Shown: positions 7,802 through 16,452 of the stretch, one piece after another
Numbering within the stretch: the first letter of the stretch is position 1
How the letters are laid out: every line of letters starts with the position of its first letter
Assembly: GCA_016218805.1 (NCBI GenBank)
Contig: JACRCW010000058.1
Location: 1 to 38,110 of the forward strand
Length of the DNA stretch: 38,110 bases
DNA from: Deltaproteobacteria bacterium
Lineage (GTDB): Bacteria > Myxococcota > JACRCW01
Reading direction: 5' to 3'
Made by a program: the position numbers and the translations under genes
The notes under the pieces: model-generated
What the model saw: only the letters and a program-made list of their open reading frames with translations
What the model was told of the DNA's origin: nothing
The model's database searches: none

Positions 7802-10011
7802 AGGAACCGCAGATCCTGCTGCTGGATGACCGCGGGACGTGGGAGGGTGCCGTCCTCAGCGCGCTTTCCAGTGCGGGCTTCCAGGTGTTCGCCGGGCAGG
7901 GTGAGCCCGCGGAGGCGGTGGCCCGGCACCAGCCGGAATGCGTGGTGCTCAGCACCTCCGTGCCGCTGAGCACGCTGGCACAACTGGTCACCGCCTGCCG
8001 GTCCGCCGCCCGCATGGACATCTCCGTGGTGGCGCTGCTGGAACGGGATGACGCGGATGCCGTCCCCGCGGCCATGGCCGCCGGCGTGGATGAATTCGCG
8101 TTCCTCCCCGCGCGTGAGGACGAGGTGGTGGCCCGCGTGCGCACCTGCCTGGGGCGGCGCGCCGCGGTGAGCGAGATTGAACGGCACCGGCGTGACGCGG
8201 CGGCCCTGCTGGAACTGTCCCAGACGTTGTCCTCCAGCCTGCAGATCCCGCTGATCCTCCACGCGGCCTCCCGGCTGATGGCCAAAATCATTGACGTGGA
8301 GCGCTGCGCCATTGTGCTGCTGGACAAGGACCGCAATGAGGGCGTCATTGTGGCGGTGAGCGAAGACCGCAGCGTGCGGGACCTGCGCATTGCGCTGCCC
8401 AAGTACCCGGAGATCATGCGCGTCATTGAGACCGGTGCCCCGCTGGTGGTGGCCGACCTGAGCGCGGACCCGCTGCTGCGCACGGTGCGTGAGACGTCGC
8501 CGGAACTCACCGGCACCGCCATCCTGTTTCCCATCCTCATTGAGGAGCGCGTCCAGGGCGCGTTCTTCCTGCGGTCCCGCCAGGTGCGCCGCAGCCCGGA
8601 TGACCATGAGATGCAGTTTGGCCAGACGGTGGCCAACGCCACCGGGGTGGCCATCCGCAACGCGCGCATGTTTGAAGGCGCGCGCGCCAGCAACGAGCGC
8701 ATGACCCGCGAGCGCGAGCACACCGAGGAGCGGCTGCGCAACCTGCAGAAGTTTGAGCAGTTCTTTGAGGAGGCCGCGGACGGGATGGTGATCCTGGACC
8801 GTGACGGCGTGGTGCTCTACTCCAACCTGGAGGGCGCCGCGCAGTTGGGCCTGGCGCGGGACGAACTGTCCGGACGCCGCCTGGCGGACAAGCTGGCGCC
8901 GGACAGCGCGGGGCTGCTGGCCACCGTGGTGGCGGAGGTCATGCGCGGGCGGTTCCGCCGCACCTTTGACCTGTACGCCGTGCGTGATGACGGGTTTGAG
9001 CGGTGCCTGGCGTGTTCCGCGGGCGCGGTGGCCGACCCCGACGGCGGACGCGTGTGCATGATCAGCTTCCGGGACGTGACTGAGCTGCGCGAAATGCAGA
9101 TGGAACTCAAGACCACCAAGGAGTTCCTGGAGAACCTCATTGACTCGTCGGTGGACGCCATCATTGCCGCGGACATCCACGGGCACGTGATGCTGTTCAA
9201 CAAGGGCGCGGAGCGCGTCTACGGCTACCGCGCGGACGAGGTGATTGGGAAGCTGCACGTCAGCGCGCTGTACCCGGAGGGCGTGGCCACGGAAATCATG
9301 GAGCAGCTGCGCAGTGAACAGCATGGCGGCCGCGGCAAGCTGGAGGCCATGCGCAAGGCCATTGTCGTCAAGGGCGGAGACCAGGTCCCCGTCAGCCTCA
9401 CCGCGTCCATTGTCTATGAGGGCGGCGAGGAGGTGGCCACCGTGGGCATCTTCACGGACCTGCGCGAGCGCATCAAGATTGAGGACAAGCTGAGCGCCGC
9501 GCAGGAACGGCTGCTGGAGACGGAACGGGCCACGGTGGTGGCGCAGCTGGCCGGCGCCGCCGCGCATGAACTCAACCAGCCGCTCACGTCCATCCTGGGT
9601 TACGCGGAGATGCTCAAGCGCAAGGTGGCGGAGGCGGACCCCATGCGCCGCAGCGTGGACATCATCTTCCGCGAAGGCGAACGCATGGCGGACATTGTCC
9701 GCAAGATAGGCAGCATCACCCGTTTTGAGACGAAGAACTACGTGGGCAACACGCGGATTGTGGACCTCAACCGGTCCCAGGGTGACGGGCCGGATGCGCC
9801 ACTGCCGCCCGTCAGCGTCCCGCCCACCCCCGTTGCGGCGGCGGCCGCAGCGCTGTTCAAGCCGCCGCCGCCACCGCCCGGTCCGCGCCCGGTGATTGAC
9901 CCCGCGTCACTGCCGCCGGCGCTGCGCCCGCCCGCGCCCGCGGCGCCCTCCGGGGCCGTGACGGACCCCGGCCGCCCCGCGCGCCCGCCGGACAAGGACG
10001 GCAACGCTTGA
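7798..10011 (+). CDS. Signalling protein: pseudo-receiver + GAF + 2 PAS + HisKA, lacking HATPase domain; Pro-rich tail
   Basis: ATGA overlap with larC. PAS motifs ADGMVILDRDGVVLYSN and DAIIAADIHGHVMLFNKGAERVYGY. H-box AAHELNQPLTSILG. No N/G1/G2 boxes follow. Confidence 0.88.
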   Translation: MKEPQILLLDDRGTWEGAVLSALSSAGFQVFAGQGEPAEAVARHQPECVVLSTSVPLSTLAQLVTACRSAARMDISVVALLERDDADAVPAAMAAGVDEFAFLPAREDEVVARVRTCLGRRAAVSEIERHRRDAAALLELSQTLSSSLQIPLILHAASRLMAKIIDVERCAIVLLDKDRNEGVIVAVSEDRSVRDLRIALPKYPEIMRVIETGAPLVVADLSADPLLRTVRETSPELTGTAILFPILIEERVQGAFFLRSRQVRRSPDDHEMQFGQTVANATGVAIRNARMFEGARASNERMTREREHTEERLRNLQKFEQFFEEAADGMVILDRDGVVLYSNLEGAAQLGLARDELSGRRLADKLAPDSAGLLATVVAEVMRGRFRRTFDLYAVRDDGFERCLACSAGAVADPDGGRVCMISFRDVTELREMQMELKTTKEFLENLIDSSVDAIIAADIHGHVMLFNKGAERVYGYRADEVIGKLHVSALYPEGVATEIMEQLRSEQHGGRGKLEAMRKAIVVKGGDQVPVSLTASIVYEGGEEVATVGIFTDLRERIKIEDKLSAAQERLLETERATVVAQLAGAAAHELNQPLTSILGYAEMLKRKVAEADPMRRSVDIIFREGERMADIVRKIGSITRFETKNYVGNTRIVDLNRSQGDGPDAPLPPVSVPPTPVAAAAAALFKPPPPPPGPRPVIDPASLPPALRPPAPAAPSGAVTDPGRPARPPDKDGNA

Positions 10012-10103
10012 AAACGCGCCGGGCCTCTGCTGAAGAACGCGGTCCGCTGCCACGTCTGACCCCCCGGGAGGCGCAGCGGCATCCCGAGGCGAGGTGGTCC
10101 CTG

Positions 10104-10919
10104 ATGAGTCGTTTCCCCCGCGCGGCGCTTGGCGCCACCGCACTGTCCCTGTGGACCACGTTGGCCTTTGCGCAGGCGCCCGCACCCGCGGCGCTGGGCG
10201 CGGAGGACCTGGTCAAGCAGGCCTATGAGCGCAACACGGCCGCGTACTCCAACATCCGCGCCAACCTGAAGATGACCCTCACCACCACCAAGGGTGAGAC
10301 CAAGGTGCGGGACCTGGAACTGCGGGGCGTGCGCAATTCGGCGGGGCTGGTGCGGACCATTGTGCGCTTCCGGTCCCCGGCGGACGTGGCGGGCACCGCG
10401 TTCCTGGTGCTGCAGAACAACTCCGGCCCGCCGGACCAGTACCTGTACCTGCCCAACCTCAAGAAGGTGCGCCGCATTGCGGCGGGCCAGGCCAGCCAGA
10501 GCTTCATGGGCAGTGACTTCACGTTCCTGGACATGAGCCCGGTGCCCGCCGCCGGCACCACGGACCTGAGCTACCAAAAGATGCCGGACGCGGAGGTGGG
10601 CGGGCAGGCGGCGTTTGTGGTGGAGATCAAACCGCGGGTGCAGGGCGCGCCGTACAGCCGCGTGGTCATCTACGTTCAGAAGGAACTGCTCATCCCCATC
10701 AAGGCGGAGTTCTTTGACGCGGTGGGCGCGCCGCTCAAGACGCTGCTGGTGCGCAAGCTCAAGAAGCTCAAGGCCGCGGACGGGCCGCGCGTGGTGCCGC
10801 TGGAGACGGAGATGCGCAACCTGCAGAAGGGGTCCTCCACGGTGCTGGCGCTGGAGGATGTGGACGTGGAAACCAAACAGGCCGAGGCGGACTTCACACC
10901 CGCGGCACTGGAACAGTGA
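10104..10919 (+). CDS. Outer-membrane lipoprotein-sorting (LolA-like) protein
   Basis: Signal peptide and RBS GAGGTGG. FRSPADVAGTAFL...DQYLYLPNLKKVRRIAA...SFMGSDFTFLD is characteristic of the LolA_like family. Confidence 0.85.
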   Translation: MSRFPRAALGATALSLWTTLAFAQAPAPAALGAEDLVKQAYERNTAAYSNIRANLKMTLTTTKGETKVRDLELRGVRNSAGLVRTIVRFRSPADVAGTAFLVLQNNSGPPDQYLYLPNLKKVRRIAAGQASQSFMGSDFTFLDMSPVPAAGTTDLSYQKMPDAEVGGQAAFVVEIKPRVQGAPYSRVVIYVQKELLIPIKAEFFDAVGAPLKTLLVRKLKKLKAADGPRVVPLETEMRNLQKGSSTVLALEDVDVETKQAEADFTPAALEQ

Positions 10920-10934
10920 GACGGCGGAGGGGCC

Positions 10935-11438
10935 ATGAACCGGAAGCTGTGCGCGGGGGTGCTGGCGGCGGCGTTGGGCGCGTCGGGCTGTTACGGCTCG
11001 TTTGCCGCCGTGCGCCGCGTCCATGATTTCAACGGTGGCATCACGGACAGCAAGTTTGTCCACACGCTGGTGATGTACGCGCTGGTGATCTTCCCGGCGT
11101 ACTCCATTGCCATCTGGGTGGACGTGGTGATCCTCAACGTCATTGAGTTCTGGACGGACAACAACCCGCTGGCGCGCGCGCCCGCCAGCGCGGACACGCG
11201 GCTGGCGTCCGTGGACGAGCCCGCCGGCGGGGTCACGCTCACGCGCGGCGGGCACCGCTACACGCTGCGGCCGGAGGCTGACGGCACGCTGGCGGTGATG
11301 GTTGACGGGAAGCTGGTGGGGCACGCGGTGGTGCGCGCGGATGGCGGCGTGGACCTGTTTGCGGCGGATGGAACCGCGCTGCGCTCCGTGGACGGGGACA
11401 CCGTGGCGGCAGCGGGCCGGGCCGTGGCGGTGCGCTGA
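10935..11438 (+). CDS. DUF3332-family lipoprotein
   Basis: Lipobox ASGC. GCYGSF...FN...KFV...PAY...DVVILNVIEFWTDNNPLA motif. Confidence 0.8.
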   Translation: MNRKLCAGVLAAALGASGCYGSFAAVRRVHDFNGGITDSKFVHTLVMYALVIFPAYSIAIWVDVVILNVIEFWTDNNPLARAPASADTRLASVDEPAGGVTLTRGGHRYTLRPEADGTLAVMVDGKLVGHAVVRADGGVDLFAADGTALRSVDGDTVAAAGRAVAVR

Positions 11439-11441
11439 GCC

Positions 11442-11993
11442 GTGGTGTGGGCGCTGGCGCTCGCCGCGGTGCCGGTCGTCCTGGTGGTCGCGCTGGTGTG
11501 GCAGGGGACGCGCGTGCCGCGCCGCCACGTGGCCACCGTGAGCGCCGCGCTGCCGGGGGCGGCCATTGAGACCTGGAAGATTGTGTCAGACCTTGGCGCG
11601 TGGCCCATGTGGCACGCGGAGGTGCAGCGCACGGAACGGGTGCCCCAGGCGGCAAGCGAGACGTGGCGGCTGTTCCAGCGGGGCCGGGCGCTGCCCGTGC
11701 GCGTGGTGGAGCGGCGGGCGCCGGCCAACGGCGCGGCGGGCGTGTTTGTCACCGAGATTGCGGACGCGGGGTTGCCGTTTGGCGGGACGTGGCGCTGGGA
11801 GATTCTGGACACCGCGCGCGGGGTGGAGGTCACGGTGACGGAGGATGGGTTCATAGACAGCGCGCTGTTCCGCGCGTTGGCGCACCGGTGGCTGGGTTAC
11901 ACGCGCACCGCGGAGGGCATGCTGCGCGCGCTGGCCCGGCACCGCGGCGCCACCGTGGTGGTGAAGTCCCACGTGACGCACCCGGCGGGCTGA
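11442..11993 (+). CDS. SRPBCC (START/polyketide cyclase-like) family protein with N-terminal TM helix
   Basis: WKIVSDLGAWPMWHAEV...LPFGGTWRWEI...VTVTEDG pattern. Confidence 0.75.
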   Translation: MVWALALAAVPVVLVVALVWQGTRVPRRHVATVSAALPGAAIETWKIVSDLGAWPMWHAEVQRTERVPQAASETWRLFQRGRALPVRVVERRAPANGAAGVFVTEIADAGLPFGGTWRWEILDTARGVEVTVTEDGFIDSALFRALAHRWLGYTRTAEGMLRALARHRGATVVVKSHVTHPAG

Positions 11994-11997
11994 CCGC

Positions 11998-13659
11998 TCA
12001 CCGCCCCGGCCAGGCCGAACTCCCGCCGGTGCGCGTGAGCACCACGCGGTCCTTGGCCGCATCCACGTGCAGCCCGGCCTGGCGCCCCAGCACACTGACC
12101 AGCTCCGCCTCCGCCTTGCCAAACTCCGCGCCCAGCGCGCGCGCCAGCGGCGCCCACGGGGCCACGCGTGCCTCGCCCTCCGCCGCGCCGTGGAACGCCA
12201 GGTGCTCCAGCGCGCGCGCCATCATCCGCGCGTCCTCCGCGGTGGTGCGCAGCCCCGTGGCGTGCGCGTCCAGCTCGCGGAAGCGCGCGGCCAGCGCTTT
12301 GACAAACGTACCCATCCAGTGCCGCTCCACCAGCTGCTGCTCCAGCGCCTCGCGCGTGACCACCATGACGGTCAGCTCCGTCACCGCGCGCACGCTGGCG
12401 GTGCGCGGCTTGGACGTGAAGATCGCCGTCTCACCAAACACGTCCCCCGGTCCCATGGTGCGCAGCGGCGTCTTGCGGCCGTGCTCCATGTGGAACACCT
12501 CGCAGGACCCTTCCGTGATGATGTACGCCGCGTCCGCTTCGTCCCCCTCCTTCACCACCACCGTGCCGGGCGCAAAGGTCTCCGTCGGGAACCAGTAGCC
12601 GCCGCGGAAACGCTCCAACTCGCGCCGGAAGTCCTCAATGGTCTGGTAGCGGTCCTCCGGCGGGCGCCGCATGGCGCGCATGGCCACCTGGCACAGCGCG
12701 GGCGGCAGCGGGCGGTCCGCCACTTCACCGGGCAGCGGGATGCGGCCCTTCTGCGCCGCCATCACCTTCTCCAGCGGTGTGGCGCCGCCGTACGGCGGCC
12801 GGCCGGTGAGCACCTGGTAGAGCAGCGCGCCCATCGCAAACACGTCGGTGCGCTCGTCAATGTGGTCGTTCTCGCCCAGCGCCTGCTCCGGTGCCATGTA
12901 CGCAAACGTGCCCACCACCGTGCCGCGCGCGTCCGCGTTGCCCGCCTTGCGCGCAATGACCACGGGGTCCTCCACCTCGCCGCCGCTGCGCGCGCCCGCC
13001 ACCAGCATGGCAATGCCCCAATCCATCACGTAGACCTGCCCAAAGGCGCCCACCATGATGTTGTCCGGCTTCAGATCGCGGTGGACCACGCCGCGGCTGT
13101 GCGCAAAGGACAGCGCGTCGCACACGCGCACCAGGATCTCCAGAATCTCGTCCAGCCCTTCGCCCGTGGAAGCGGCGTCCGGGTGCTTCTTGAGGATCTG
13201 CGTGAGCGTCTCGCCGCGCACCAGCTTCATGGTGAAGAAGTGGCGGCCCTCGCCGTCAAGACCCAGCTCGTGCACCGGGACAATGTTGGGGTGGTCCAGC
13301 TGCCCGGTGATCTGCGCCTCCTCCACAAAGCGCAGCCGTGCCTTGGGCGCGCCTGCGCGTTCGGGGTCCAGCGTCTTCATGGCCACCATGCGCTTGAGGT
13401 CGTGGTCGTACGCGCGGTGGATGGAACCAAACCCGCCCCGCGCAATCACCCCGCGGTCCTCCACGCGGTGCCGCGCCGCGGGCCCCGGCGCCGGCAGCTC
13501 GTCTGAGGCGGAGGAACCGGCGGGGGCGTCCGGATGGAAGGTCGCCGTCGCTGCGCTGGGCGGCGTGGGGTGCGCCTTCAGCCACTCAGGCAGCGCCACC
13601 TGCACGCTGTCATCCAGCGTCTTGCGCGGCGGCTTCTTCTTTCCGGGCTCCTGGGTCAT
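11998..13659 (-). CDS. Ser/Thr protein kinase with C-terminal cyclic-nucleotide-binding domain
   Basis: Kinase motifs GGFG, VAMK, HRDLKPDN, DWG, GTFAYMAPEQ, TDVFAMG. cNMP domain motifs FAPGTVVVKEGDEAD...GDVFGE...PRTASVRA. Confidence 0.93.
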   Translation of the reverse strand: MTQEPGKKKPPRKTLDDSVQVALPEWLKAHPTPPSAATATFHPDAPAGSSASDELPAPGPAARHRVEDRGVIARGGFGSIHRAYDHDLKRMVAMKTLDPERAGAPKARLRFVEEAQITGQLDHPNIVPVHELGLDGEGRHFFTMKLVRGETLTQILKKHPDAASTGEGLDEILEILVRVCDALSFAHSRGVVHRDLKPDNIMVGAFGQVYVMDWGIAMLVAGARSGGEVEDPVVIARKAGNADARGTVVGTFAYMAPEQALGENDHIDERTDVFAMGALLYQVLTGRPPYGGATPLEKVMAAQKGRIPLPGEVADRPLPPALCQVAMRAMRRPPEDRYQTIEDFRRELERFRGGYWFPTETFAPGTVVVKEGDEADAAYIITEGSCEVFHMEHGRKTPLRTMGPGDVFGETAIFTSKPRTASVRAVTELTVMVVTREALEQQLVERHWMGTFVKALAARFRELDAHATGLRTTAEDARMMARALEHLAFHGAAEGEARVAPWAPLARALGAEFGKAEAELVSVLGRQAGLHVDAAKDRVVLTRTGGSSAWPGR

Positions 13660-13749
13660 GGGCTGGTCTCCGGGCGGGCGGCGCATTGTGGCCTGAATGC
13701 CCGCGCCAGGTCGAACGCCGCGCGGAACGCGGTCGCGCTCCGCGCAGGG

Positions 13750-14655
13750 TCATGAGCCCGTCGGGTTTTCTTTGCGCGCCGCCTCCGGCGCCGCCTGGCG
13801 GCGCACTGACACGCCAAGCCAGCCGCCCAGCCGCTCCGCCCATTCCTCTGCCACCGCCATGGGGGCCGCGCCGACATGGTGTTGCTGCTGCCCGCCCGCC
13901 AGCTCCAGCCACACGCGGGCCATGGTGCGGGACGTCTCCACCACTACGCCCAGCACCTGGCCCGGAAGGAATTCACGGGAAACCGGCGTGGACCAGGGAG
14001 ACTCCAGGGTGAGCAGGAGATTGGTGCCCTTCATCCGCAAGGTGGAGCGGATCCGCGTGAACCGCGTCCCCAGCCAGCCCAGGAGCGCCGCGCCGAAAAT
14101 GAGCCAGGCAGGAAACACGGCGGCGGTCTGATCCAGTTCAAAGCGTGCGCTGGCTTTTGCCGGGTCGCCGAGGAATGCATCGATTTCCGCCTGGAACCGG
14201 CGCGCTTCACCCATGCTCATGATGTTGCCGATCCAGCGCACATCACCCCCCGGCTGCCTGTTCGGGTGGATGTGGTACGGCCAGGAGTCGCCGCGGCTCT
14301 TGCCCCCGCGGGATGCCCGGATCTGCACGGAGCCCATCCCGTCGATGCGCTCTACCCGCACTTCGTCGCCCAACGGGTACGCCTGCGCCGCGGTGCAGGT
14401 GCCGGCGGCGCGGTCACAGCTGACCGTGGTGGTGCTGGGGAACTTGAGCACCCAACACGCGCCCGGGCAGGAGGCCAGCGTGGAGAAGAGCGCCAGCAGG
14501 ACGACCCAGCCGACAGGCCGCGAGTGGACGATTGGCCGGTCCACCAGGATTCCCGCGGAAACGGGTGAATGCGGAATGTCCGTGTTCAAGGTGCGCCGCT
14601 GGTACCACGGCCGGACGTCACCGGCCAGCGGCTGATGAACGCGTAAGAAATCCAA
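13750..14655 (-). CDS. Hypothetical membrane protein (two TM segments); start uncertain
   Basis: Two hydrophobic helices flank a Cys-containing soluble domain (TVSCDRAAGTCT). The true start may be about 100 bp downstream of 14655. Confidence 0.6.
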   Translation of the reverse strand: MDFLRVHQPLAGDVRPWYQRRTLNTDIPHSPVSAGILVDRPIVHSRPVGWVVLLALFSTLASCPGACWVLKFPSTTTVSCDRAAGTCTAAQAYPLGDEVRVERIDGMGSVQIRASRGGKSRGDSWPYHIHPNRQPGGDVRWIGNIMSMGEARRFQAEIDAFLGDPAKASARFELDQTAAVFPAWLIFGAALLGWLGTRFTRIRSTLRMKGTNLLLTLESPWSTPVSREFLPGQVLGVVVETSRTMARVWLELAGGQQQHHVGAAPMAVAEEWAERLGGWLGVSVRRQAAPEAARKENPTGS

Positions 14656-14945
14656 AATGGCGTGCGTGAACAGACGGGTGGAGTCCGTCGACGAGGCGGA
14701 GCCGAACCTGAGCGACGTCGTACGGCCGTGCCCGGTTCACTCGAACGCGAGCGCACGGGCGAAGGCATGGCCGAGGCGGATGCCTGCGGCAGGCCCGCCA
14801 CGCGTCATGGAAAGGGCCTGCGTTGCTCCGGCCCACGGGTTCTCGCTCACCCGCTTGCTCAGGATCGAAACTGCCTCGGCCGTGACGGTGCGCGACCGGA
14901 CCTGTTGGGACCGGGATGAGCCATCCCCTCATACTGACGCGGCAT

Positions 14946-15215
14946 CCCGGGAGGACTCGGCTCCTGCCGAGCCCAGCGTCACGGGGCCAACCACGGAGGC
15001 CACAATGAAGCCAGTTATCGGCCCGGGCGACAAGGCGATATCGGGCCGGGTTTGTTGCGGAGGCGGTCCCATCTGCTGGCGTGGGAGTCGCCGTAACCCC
15101 CGCGCGCGTGCACACGGTGAGAAACAGCCCCGGACGCCTACCGGACCGTGCGCGGGATGACGGCGTCTCTGTGGGGTGACCGCTGAGGGCTCGGCAGGAG
15201 CCGAGTCCTCCCGGG
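14946..15215. repeat. Perfect 29-bp inverted repeat pair (REP/REPIN- or MITE-like), each arm with an internal hairpin
   Basis: 14946-14974 CCCGGGAGGACTCGGCTCCTGCCGAGCCC is the exact reverse complement of 15187-15215. Each arm contains the stem-loop CTCGGC-TCCT-GCCGAG. Confidence 0.8.
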
Positions 15216-15394
15216 CCCGGATCGCCCTCATCCTGGCTTGGACCGGCAAATGAGGGGATCCCTCAGGGGACCGGGTTGTGGGGCACGTATTCAATGACCC
15301 AAACGGAGGCCTCTCTTGGGGCAGAAAGGTTACCAGGCTGCCCGCAGGGCCGGGGTCTTGGACTGCGCTGGCCGCCTGCCAACGCTGCAGGAGA

Positions 15395-15599
15395 GCGCCA
15401 ATTGCGTCCCGGCCAGCCCCGAACGCGATCGGCAGCCGCCAATTGTGATCCCAGCCACACGGGAACGCGATGGGCAGCCGCCAATTGTGATCCCAGCCAC
15501 ACGGGAACGCGATTGGCAGCCGCCAATGTGATCCCAGCCACACGCGAACGCGATTGGCAGCCGCAGAATGTGATCCCCGCCACGCGCGCGCGCGATGGG
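15395..15599. repeat. Tandem array of ~4.5 copies of a 42-bp unit
   Basis: GAACGCGATNGGCAGCCGCCAATTGTGATCCCAGCCACACGG units start at 15421, 15463, 15505 (41 bp) and 15546, with degenerate partial copies at both ends. Confidence 0.92.
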
Positions 15600-15633
15600 C
15601 GGTGAAATGGGTCTGCCTCCCACCCGCACCCGC

Positions 15634-16383
15634 TCAGCCTTGCGGGGGCGCTTCCAGGCCCACATCTCCCTGCGTCTGGCCCGGGCGGCGCAGCGAGGGC
15701 CGCACCTTGCCGGCCAGGTCCTTCTCATCCACGGCCTCCAGCAGGGCGCTGGTGAGGTTGGCCACGCGGGAGAAGGTCGTGTCGTACGCTTCCACGGCGC
15801 GCGTCTTCTCGGCCAGGGTCGCGTCAGCTTCCTTGGACTCACGGGCCACGTCCGCCAATGCCGCGGTGAGCGCGTCATGGCGCGTCTTGAGCGGATTGGA
15901 AAACGCCGCGGCATTGTATGCGTAGCCGGGGAGGCGGGACGCCGGGGCGGGCAGCGTCCCCAGGTTGGTCAGCACCAGGGCGGCGGTGCGGGAGATGGCC
16001 ACCGGGTCCACCGGCACCGTCCCGCCCAGCCCCAATCTGGCCACAAACTCGGCGCCAAACGCCCCCGTCAGTGCCTCCTTGGTATCCAGCAACAGCGCGT
16101 GCGTCTGCTCCGCGGCGGCATCCCGGCGCGCGCGCGGTTCGTTGTCGTCTCCCAACTCCTGCACGTGTTTCTCATCCGCGGCGGTCATGGTGCGCGTGGC
16201 GGTCTCCAGCTTGTCCGCGTGGCGCTGCACCACCTTCTCGAGGATTGGCGCCACGCCGGGCTCATTGATCTCCGCCGCGAGCTGCGTGCCGATGCGCGTG
16301 GCGTGGGTCCGGGCGGCATTCACCACGCTCGTGGACGACTTCAGCTTGTCAGTCACCATCTTGGACAATTGGACGATTGCCAT
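15634..16383 (-). CDS. Uncharacterised alpha-helical protein (249 aa)
   Basis: ATG at 16383 with RBS AAAGAGGGG. Ala/Thr/Glu-rich amphipathic helices; no signal peptide, TM segment or recognisable catalytic motif. Confidence 0.85.
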   Translation of the reverse strand: MAIVQLSKMVTDKLKSSTSVVNAARTHATRIGTQLAAEINEPGVAPILEKVVQRHADKLETATRTMTAADEKHVQELGDDNEPRARRDAAAEQTHALLLDTKEALTGAFGAEFVARLGLGGTVPVDPVAISRTAALVLTNLGTLPAPASRLPGYAYNAAAFSNPLKTRHDALTAALADVARESKEADATLAEKTRAVEAYDTTFSRVANLTSALLEAVDEKDLAGKVRPSLRRPGQTQGDVGLEAPPQG

Positions 16384-16452
16384 GGGAATCCCCTCTTTGT
16401 TGTGGTTTCCCGCCGGATAGCAGGAGTTGCTGAAACCGCACAAGCGCGGCGC

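Noticed and set aside
6382..9567. 1061-aa minus-strand ORF, and similar long antisense ORFs such as 4248-6314, 17514-19364, 20145-22232, 27995-30061 and 33210-35405
   Set aside because: Shadow ORFs opposite well-supported genes, as expected in high-GC DNA; they have no motifs.
15395..15599. CRISPR array
   Set aside because: Units are contiguous near-identical tandem copies without spacers.
14929..15605. ORFs containing 14-aa repeats (WRLPIAFPCGWDHN etc.) over the 42-bp array
   Set aside because: One unit is 41 bp and shifts the frame; no RBS or coding bias.
13700..16450. Autonomous mobile element (IS or prophage) explaining the islet
   Set aside because: No transposase, integrase, att site or target-site duplication is recognisable.
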